Virus record (IMG/VR): IMGVR_UViG_2675903038_000001
Span: 1 to 64,000 of that record
Source of the DNA: a virus
Taxonomy: Duplodnaviria; Caudoviricetes
Reading direction: 5' to 3' (one strand)
DNA: 64,000 nt
Within the stretch, counting starts at the first letter, position 1, and every line of letters starts with the position of its first letter. The notes under the pieces are model-generated. The model saw nothing but the letters and a program-made list of their open reading frames with translations. It ran no database searches and had not been told where the DNA came from. Both the position numbers and the translations under genes were made by a program. Below are positions 57,685-64,000 of this stretch, in pieces.

Positions 57685-58314
57685 ATGGAGTTCAGCGTTG
57701 ACTGGTTCAATGATCATCTGGCCGGGATGGGGCAGGATTTCCTGTGGCGCAAAGCTTCCATGTGCCCGTGCGTCAATCCGCATAGCGGCGCAGCTAAACC
57801 GAATTGCCCGGTGTGCGGCGGAAAGGGCAGGAGCTGGGCTAATCCAGTATCTGCTAAAGCGGGCATGGCAAGTGAGCGCGTTCTGCGTCAATGGGCGCAA
57901 TTCGGCAGATATGAGGCGGGCGATGCCGTATTGAGCGTGCCGGAAAGTTCGCTGCTTTACGATGCAGGTCAGTTTGACCGAATCACCATGCTCAATGCAA
58001 CCGATCCATTTTCACTGGTATTGCTGCGTGGGCAGAACGACAAGATCAACTTTCCGGTGAGCGGTATTGAACGAGTCTACTGGATCATTAATAACAATAC
58101 CGTTGTTGAAGGTGGTATTCCTGCGGTAAATAGCAGTGGGCAGCTATCCTGGACTACTGGCGCGCCTCCTGTCGGTTCTCAATACAGCATATCGGGTACG
58201 CGGTATTCAGAGTATTTTGTATGGGATGAAATGCCGGGAGATAGAAATCACCATTATGGCGCAAGGCTGCCCAGAAAGCTCGTAACGAGAAGATTTGATC
58301 TGTTTGGGCGCTAG
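57685..58314 (+). CDS. Head-closure protein
   Basis: CPC..CPVCGGKG finger; position. Confidence 0.6.
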   Translation: MEFSVDWFNDHLAGMGQDFLWRKASMCPCVNPHSGAAKPNCPVCGGKGRSWANPVSAKAGMASERVLRQWAQFGRYEAGDAVLSVPESSLLYDAGQFDRITMLNATDPFSLVLLRGQNDKINFPVSGIERVYWIINNNTVVEGGIPAVNSSGQLSWTTGAPPVGSQYSISGTRYSEYFVWDEMPGDRNHHYGARLPRKLVTRRFDLFGR

Positions 58315-59087
58315 ATAGTTCTTCGTATAGCTTCTTGAAATACCTTTTCCGCTTTCGGCTGCATGGCTTCCGCCACTGATTTTGCCAAGAATAGTCCTGG
58401 TTTGGCAGGCACGACCCAGCCATTGCTCTTCTCTGACATGACGCGGAATGTCAAGTAAGTGCTGCGTTTTGCTCCGCCTGCGCTGGTGTCGAAGCGACGC
58501 ATGCCAGCAAATCGATTTGGAATAGAGTCTCCTGATAAACTCCCTCCCCATTTGTAAATATTCTGGTTGACCGTCAATCGTTTCCTTGACTGAATATCGT
58601 ATGCGCCGGTGCCTGATAGACGTTGCGTTTGCCCAGTCACCATGGACGAGGACAGCGTTTTAGCCATATCATAGATTTCATTCGGCATAGCCTGTCCGGT
58701 AGCATTCGCGCCTGGCGTGTTGTGCTGGAAGGGGATGATCAGAAATCGGCTCCCTTTTTGCGATGTGCGCGCCTTCAGGCTGGTATTGAGCATGCGCTTC
58801 AAGTCTCTTGCTGGGCGTCCCCGCTCAATTTCTTTCGCGTATTTATAATCTGCCCACACTAACGCTTCGAAGTCATTGATCATCTGCCACTGAATCGTCG
58901 CTTTGTAAGCATCCTTTTCTCCTCGCCACAGTCTCGCGCGTTCCACTGATTCCAGCCAGTCGATTCTTGTTTGCTGTGCAACGGCACGAACGGCCTGATT
59001 GAGCAATGGGAATATCTCGGCTGTGATAATGCCTCTGCCTGCAGCAATCACATCTGACAAATCAACGCTGATTCTGAACTCTGCCAT
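58311..59087 (-). CDS. Neck-type virion protein, inverted orientation
   Basis: AAGGAG SD before MAEFRISV; YAKEIERG, IIPFQH, YLTFRVMS..GW..P. Confidence 0.65.
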   Translation of the reverse strand: MAEFRISVDLSDVIAAGRGIITAEIFPLLNQAVRAVAQQTRIDWLESVERARLWRGEKDAYKATIQWQMINDFEALVWADYKYAKEIERGRPARDLKRMLNTSLKARTSQKGSRFLIIPFQHNTPGANATGQAMPNEIYDMAKTLSSSMVTGQTQRLSGTGAYDIQSRKRLTVNQNIYKWGGSLSGDSIPNRFAGMRRFDTSAGGAKRSTYLTFRVMSEKSNGWVVPAKPGLFLAKSVAEAMQPKAEKVFQEAIRRTI

Positions 59088-59109
59088 TGGCGGTCTCCTT
59101 GATAGGATG

Positions 59110-59126
59110 ATTTTTAGCTCACGACA
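59110..59126 (-). promoter_or_regulatory. Late-promoter motif (inverted gene)
   Basis: Minus strand TGTCGTGA-gct-AAAAAT. Confidence 0.6.
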
Positions 59127-59240
59127 ACTATGTGTCACTAATTCACAATTTACGTGGATAAGGATGTGGGTAAGTGTGCTATATCCAATGCCGGTAAAGA
59201 TAATTTCATCTGCCTAAATTTGAGGCTCCATTATCTTCCG

Positions 59241-59257
59241 TGTCGTGATGCCATGAT
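59241..59257 (+). promoter_or_regulatory. Late-promoter motif (tail operon)
   Basis: TGTCGTGA-tgc-CATGAT, 9 nt to ATG. Confidence 0.65.
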
Positions 59258-59266
59258 TGCAGCATC

Positions 59267-60100
59267 ATGATCAGATTTGTTCAGCCCATCGCGTCCGGTA
59301 ATGCAATCCGCCTTCTACTCAGTCTCGTTGCGGGCGCAGGCAAGTGGCGCGTGCTACGCAAAGAAACAGATGATTTTTCAGGATTCGACGATCCTAATGC
59401 GTTCCTTGTGTATGAGGGGGATGAAGGCACAGTCGTAGATCATCAGTTCTTGGTAAACGATCAGCTCTATTACTACAAAGCTTATTACTGGGTTAATAGC
59501 GCCTGGCTAGCGAGCGCAACGGCAACAGGCATGCCGCATGCTTCTTACGAAGAAGCAAGTACGGATGTCCTGAGTTTATTGCGTGACCGGCTTGATTATG
59601 GTTTTCGTGTGGAAGTCGAGCGTGGTGTCATCACACATGAATATAACGCAGTGCCGATCCTGACTGCTCCTCCCGTATTCGAGGATACGCGCTGGCCGTG
59701 CGTGACCGTGCATCTTGAGTCCGAATCCCCGGCTGAGCGCGGTCTAGGTGAGGCATTCATGCCGGATTTTTACAATCAGGATGAAGATGCCTGGGAGGTG
59801 CATGAAGGCTGGCTTGCGAGCGTGCAACTCCAGATTGTTACCTGGTCGCTGAATCCAGATGAACGTATCGAAATGCGCAAGGCAGTTCGGCGGATTATTC
59901 AAGCCAATCTGTCCCTGTTTGATCATGAGGGCATGATCAAAATAGAAACCAGCCAGCGTGATGTGGAGGACTTCACTTCATACCAGGCGCCTGTCTATCA
60001 AAGCATGTGTAGTTTTTCTTGTATCGCTCCCGCTCAAATCAGGATGGACGATCCCAATATTATTCGTCAGGTTAATTCAACCATTGTATTCACGGAGTAA
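59267..60100 (+). CDS. Tail completion/terminator protein
   Basis: Position before sheath; WPCVTV. Confidence 0.55.
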   Translation: MIRFVQPIASGNAIRLLLSLVAGAGKWRVLRKETDDFSGFDDPNAFLVYEGDEGTVVDHQFLVNDQLYYYKAYYWVNSAWLASATATGMPHASYEEASTDVLSLLRDRLDYGFRVEVERGVITHEYNAVPILTAPPVFEDTRWPCVTVHLESESPAERGLGEAFMPDFYNQDEDAWEVHEGWLASVQLQIVTWSLNPDERIEMRKAVRRIIQANLSLFDHEGMIKIETSQRDVEDFTSYQAPVYQSMCSFSCIAPAQIRMDDPNIIRQVNSTIVFTE

Positions 60101-60106
60101 AACATT

Positions 60107-60319
60107 ATGGCAAAGGAAAAAACGGTCACCGAAACGGTTCAAGAAAAGCCAGCTGATGCAGTCACGCTGGACGAGTTCTGCGCTCGTTTATCCGGTACAG
60201 ATAAGCGTGTGGAGATGATTGGCGCTTTTAATCATGTCGAGAAGAAAGCGGGGCGCGTCAAGGATACCGAAGCGAATTTTCGCTCACGGTTCGATGCTTT
60301 TGTTAATCTACCAGCGTAA
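60107..60319 (+). CDS. Small protein before sheath
   Basis: GGAG SD, 70 aa. Confidence 0.6.
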   Translation: MAKEKTVTETVQEKPADAVTLDEFCARLSGTDKRVEMIGAFNHVEKKAGRVKDTEANFRSRFDAFVNLPA

Positions 60320-60329
60320 GAGGTAAAAC

Positions 60330-62042
60330 ATGACTGTATTTTTTAATGGCAGATTGTGGGTGTCGCCTGCCACGATGTCGGTGGTCGATGATACCGCAAT
60401 GGCTAACAAGAACCTAAGCGTCGGCAATGTGGTAGCGCTCATTGGTCGCGCTGGCGGCGGCGAACCAAACAAGGCGCTGCGCTTCGGCAGTCCATCGCGG
60501 GCTATTGAGACACTGCGCAATGGCGAATTGCTGACTGCGGTATTGAAGGCGTTTGATCCGTCATCACAAACCGGCGGTCCTGCTGAAGTGGTGGTGGTGC
60601 GCGTCAATCCTGCGCTGCAATCATCGCTCGTGCTAAAGGACGGTTCTGCCAATAATGTAATCACGCTGAAGTCAACCGACTATGGCATCCACACGAATCA
60701 AATCAAGGTCAAGGTTGAAGCAGGTTCCGTGTCAGGCAAAAAGATTACAACGGTTTACGGTCTTGCGTTCTACACAGAAGATAACGTGGCTCGTAATGCA
60801 TTCAGTCTTGCATACGGAAGTGCAGGAGCGGCTACCATCAGCGTTACCAATTCAACCGTTACCCTGAAAGTGGACGCGGCTGCTGTCGCTACTATCGCTC
60901 TTGCAGATTATCCGACCGTGCAACAACTGGTTGACCGCATTAATGTCGTTTCAGGATTCACGGCTGATGTGCTTGATGGTAATGGCAATCAGGAGGCATT
61001 AAACGGACTGGATAGTCTGACCGATCAAGCGATTAGTTCCACACCTTACACGGTGACAGCCAATCTGCAGGCAGTAGTTGACTGGATCAATTCTACTTCT
61101 GAGGGATTCGTCACGGCTACACGTGAGGCTAATGCAGGGGCGGTACCAGCCAACATCGGCTATACCTATCTGACAGGTGGTTCCGATGGCGTAGTCACCA
61201 ATACTGAATGGCAGAACGCGTTCACAACACTGCAAACGGTCGATGTGCAATGGGTGGTGCCGATATCCGGCGATTCCAGCATTCATGCCATGGCCGACAC
61301 GCACGTAGCTTTCATGAGCAATGTCGGCAGGATGGAGCGGCGGACGATTGTTGGCACGGTATCGGGCACTGCGGATGAGGTGGCCATCGATGCGGCAAAA
61401 GCGATCAATTCAGACCGCGCATCGTTAGTGCATCTCGGTTTCTACGATTATGACGCCAACGGTAAGCTGGTGCTGATGGAGCCGTACATTATGGCAGCAT
61501 TGCTAGCGGGTGCATTTTCTGGCGTTAATCCCGGAACGGCGTTGACCAACAAGACCATCAAGGTGCGTGGCTTGGAACGCGATCTTCGCAATCCGACCGA
61601 TACCGATCAGCTCATCAACGGCGGGGTGTTGTGCGTGGAAAATACCAACAGCGGATTCAAGGTGGTCAAGTCGATATCTACCTGGTTGGTGAATGACAAT
61701 TACAACCGCGTCGAAGTCTCGACCGGCGTGGCGACCGATTTTGTGGCGCGTAACGTGCGCCAATCTTTGGATATTCTTAGGGGAGAGCGGGGTAATCCAA
61801 TCACGTTGTCCCGCGCAGTATCCATTGTTGAATCGACCTTGCGTGAATTGTCCAGACCGGAGCCGCAGGGCGTTGGCGTGATCGTGGGAGACGCGGCCAA
61901 TCCAGCTTATAAAAACATTACGGCTTCGCTGGAAGGGGATGTGCTAAGGGTTGAGTTTCAATGCAGCCCGGTGATTCCAGTGAACTACATTCCGGTGACA
62001 ATCTTTGCTGTGCCGTATTCCGGTACGGCGACTGCAGCCTAA
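60330..62042 (+). CDS. Tail sheath protein
   Basis: LIGRAGGG, DYG..TN, YLTGGSDG, LTNK, QLINGGV, PVIPVNYI. Confidence 0.9.
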   Translation: MTVFFNGRLWVSPATMSVVDDTAMANKNLSVGNVVALIGRAGGGEPNKALRFGSPSRAIETLRNGELLTAVLKAFDPSSQTGGPAEVVVVRVNPALQSSLVLKDGSANNVITLKSTDYGIHTNQIKVKVEAGSVSGKKITTVYGLAFYTEDNVARNAFSLAYGSAGAATISVTNSTVTLKVDAAAVATIALADYPTVQQLVDRINVVSGFTADVLDGNGNQEALNGLDSLTDQAISSTPYTVTANLQAVVDWINSTSEGFVTATREANAGAVPANIGYTYLTGGSDGVVTNTEWQNAFTTLQTVDVQWVVPISGDSSIHAMADTHVAFMSNVGRMERRTIVGTVSGTADEVAIDAAKAINSDRASLVHLGFYDYDANGKLVLMEPYIMAALLAGAFSGVNPGTALTNKTIKVRGLERDLRNPTDTDQLINGGVLCVENTNSGFKVVKSISTWLVNDNYNRVEVSTGVATDFVARNVRQSLDILRGERGNPITLSRAVSIVESTLRELSRPEPQGVGVIVGDAANPAYKNITASLEGDVLRVEFQCSPVIPVNYIPVTIFAVPYSGTATAA

Positions 62043-62058
62043 CGGGAGCTATTGAAAC

Positions 62059-62481
62059 ATGAGAACAAATCTTAAAACACGTTCAGGCAACCGGATCGTG
62101 GCGATGTTTGACGGAAAACAGATTGGCGCGGTGCAGTCCGTGCGCATGAATGACGATTATTCGCCTGAGCCAATGAGCGGTATTGGCGATATTCACGTCC
62201 ACGAGTACGTGCCAACAATGGCGCGTCATAACCTGCAAGTACAAACCATGGTGCTCAACAAAGGATCGATGCGGGAAGCAGGTATCACCATGGAAAACGG
62301 TGACGGCGTGCTGCAAGGTCTTGTGTTCGATATCGAGGTTTACAGCAAGGATGATGGCACTCTACTTAGGAAATACATCGGCTGCTCGTATGCGAGCGGC
62401 GATCTGGAAATATCTAAGCACGCTATCGTCATGGCTTCCGGACAGTTCATGGCGCTTGATGTAGTCGGCACGATAGTTTGA
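62059..62481 (+). CDS. Tail tube protein
   Basis: 140 aa after sheath; GIGDIHVHEYVP. Confidence 0.8.
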   Translation: MRTNLKTRSGNRIVAMFDGKQIGAVQSVRMNDDYSPEPMSGIGDIHVHEYVPTMARHNLQVQTMVLNKGSMREAGITMENGDGVLQGLVFDIEVYSKDDGTLLRKYIGCSYASGDLEISKHAIVMASGQFMALDVVGTIV

Positions 62482-62490
62482 TTTTGAATT

Positions 62491-62547
62491 CTCACTTGGG
62501 AAATTCCAGGTGGAAAACGAATCTTCACTGGCGATTTCGCCAGTGAG
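62491..62547. repeat. Double palindrome element, copy 2
   Basis: CACTTGG-gaaatt-CCAGGTG and TCACTGGCGA-tt-TCGCCAGTGA. Confidence 0.8.
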
Positions 62548-62575
62548 AAATTGCTTTGCTAATAAAGGACATGAA

Positions 62576-63004
62576 ATGCAATCAGCAACAGAGCAAAATA
62601 CCGGCAGAAAATTGCTTGCAACCGATTTTTATGTGGATGTGAAAGACATTGGGCGATTCCGTCTTGCGAAACGCACCATGCGCGATGAATTCCAGATTGG
62701 CGCGGAGTATTCGAGGTTGACGGAAGGGGTGGATACGCCTACGCCATGGCTCGCGCAAATGGCGACTATGGTAGCGAATCTGAAAGTGCTCGCAGTAACC
62801 GTGCCGGAAGATTGGAACATCGATGAGATGGACCCGCTGGACGACGAATCGTACAGTCGTATTTTTCGCGTTTATGAAGCGCTGCGCGCTAGGGAGGATT
62901 CCTTTCGCGCGGGAATCGGCAAATCAAGCAAAAAAACGGGGCAAGGAGCTGGCGAAGACCTTGCAGTTCTGGTTCAGGAGGAAATACCAACTTACACCGA
63001 ATGA
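62576..63004 (+). CDS. Tail assembly chaperone
   Basis: Between tube and tape measure; AAGGA SD before MQSATEQ. Confidence 0.7.
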   Translation: MQSATEQNTGRKLLATDFYVDVKDIGRFRLAKRTMRDEFQIGAEYSRLTEGVDTPTPWLAQMATMVANLKVLAVTVPEDWNIDEMDPLDDESYSRIFRVYEALRAREDSFRAGIGKSSKKTGQGAGEDLAVLVQEEIPTYTE

Positions 63005-63161
63005 TCCGAAATTCCTTGATCTAACGATTGAGGATATCGAGACGGATTATTGGGCGCATTACTACTACGAAAATTCCACGGCGGATGAAGTCGAGGATGA
63101 AGATTTCGACCTGGATGACATTCTTCAGAAAATGGAAAACGACGATTGGGAAGAGTTGTAG
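62904..63161 (+). CDS. Chaperone extension in +1 frame (probable frameshift product)
   Basis: FARESANQ..FWFRRKYQL..DPKFL with no strong own start. Confidence 0.55.
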   Translation, partial: FARESANQAKKRGKELAKTLQFWFRRKYQLTPNDPKFLDLTIEDIETDYWAHYYYENSTADEVEDEDFDLDDILQKMENDDWEEL

Positions 63162-64000
63162 ATGGCTGATGTAAGAATACCAATTAGCGCTGATTTCAAT
63201 AGCGGTGATCTGGATAAGGTGGTTCAGCAGTTCTCTAGCCAGATGAACCGGTTGGCCAAGTCAATTGCTGAAGCCAATAATACTAAATTCAATCCTATTG
63301 ACGATGCGACAGCCGATGATATCAAGAAAGTCATTCATCAGTTTGATGCTCTAAAACGGCTATCTGAAAGCTTCAATAAGCGTCTAAAAGATACCGGACA
63401 ATCCAATGCCGGTCTGTTCGATATCGATTTTCATAGGCTGTATGAGAACCAGCGTGCGGGTGCCAGGAAGGCGCTTGACGTTCTTCAGTATGTTACGGCT
63501 GGTACGACGTTCGCGTCACGCATGCCGGGGACCACTACCGGCAATCAAGGCGGCTCGCAATTGCCTGTGCCAACAAATGGAACTCCCGCGACAGCAGGCT
63601 GGAAGCACTGGGGAGGTAACGTATTCAATTCCGCTATGGGCGCTGCCGGGCCTGGCGGGCAAGTGATCAGCAATGCTGTCAGCGCTGGCATGTCCGGCGG
63701 TTTAAAAGCTGGATTGTTCGGTTTGGCGGGCGGATTTGCTGCGCTGGGTGTCGGCAAGCTGATCTCGTCGGCAAGAGAGAAAATAGGTGACGCGCAACAA
63801 GAAGCCATTGGTTATGATCGCCTGAAACGCTCTCTGGGTGATATCAATGTCGGATTCGATGAGCTCAAAAGCTCGTTAAGATTCTCTGCTGGTGAAATTT
63901 GGGAAACATTCGGCAAAACTCAGGAGCTGGCCGTAGAGTTTGCGAAGATTTCAGGATTGAGCCGCGATCAGTCCAAGAATCTGGCGAAAGAAGTGGCCTT
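63162..64000 (+). CDS. Tape measure protein, N-terminal part (truncated by window)
   Basis: MADVRIPISADF.. open frame, Ala/Gly-rich, follows chaperones. Confidence 0.75.
   Translation, partial: MADVRIPISADFNSGDLDKVVQQFSSQMNRLAKSIAEANNTKFNPIDDATADDIKKVIHQFDALKRLSESFNKRLKDTGQSNAGLFDIDFHRLYENQRAGARKALDVLQYVTAGTTFASRMPGTTTGNQGGSQLPVPTNGTPATAGWKHWGGNVFNSAMGAAGPGGQVISNAVSAGMSGGLKAGLFGLAGGFAALGVGKLISSAREKIGDAQQEAIGYDRLKRSLGDINVGFDELKSSLRFSAGEIWETFGKTQELAVEFAKISGLSRDQSKNLAKEVA

Larger units (their letters stand above)
611..64000. mobile_element. Temperate myovirus-type prophage, truncated by window end
   Basis: Integrase next to tRNA 3' end, cI/cro switch, replication, terminase, portal, capsid, sheath, tube, tape measure in order; second att site not in window. 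Confidence 0.95.

Noticed and set aside
62929-62937. Classical -1 frameshift at the A-run
   Set aside because: The -1 frame stops after about 30 codons; the plausible downstream ORF is in the +1 frame
33678-63808. Numerous short antisense or overlapping ORFs in the track
   Set aside because: Shadows of long genes with no motifs; only 58311-59087 has SD, promoter motif and a free slot
611-64000. Retron, DGR, group II intron or invertase system
   Set aside because: No reverse transcriptase or serine recombinase motifs seen; tail-fibre region lies beyond the window

Overview
Nearly the whole window (~611-64000, running off the right edge) is one temperate prophage integrated at the 3' end of a tRNA-Ser(GGA), preceded by IS debris. 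Left to right: tyrosine integrase/excisionase; leftward early recombination operon (RdgC, SMC/Rad50-like ATPase, ExoX, putative annealase, PD-(D/E)XK nuclease, HNH); cargo between PL and cI (HigBA, secreted proteins, DUF2335, thermonuclease); lambdoid cI/cro switch with four readable operators; replication and nin-like genes; terS-HNH-terL; a cargo hotspot between terL and portal (integron-type cassette with attC, frameshifted Mor activator, AIPR + C5-MTase + putative REase + Vsr, amidase stub); then a contractile-tail virion module whose capsid resembles SPO1/Twort-like proteins. The most striking part is ~16 kb between portal and prohead protease encoding a zeta-like kinase, Mesh1-like HD hydrolase, MuF, pyrophosphatase-like protein, a 2119-aa DarB-like MTase-helicase and a 1511-aa SNF2 protein. 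Most carry a shared hydrophobic-F-x-K-[A/S] tag that extends the [LMI]-x-K-[A/S] motif repeated in scaffold, protease, portal and capsid, suggesting a tagged, protease-matured head-cargo system. A recurring TGTCGTGA-N3-(-10) motif precedes late genes, often with apparently leaderless starts. All family assignments come from motif recognition by eye, not database searches.
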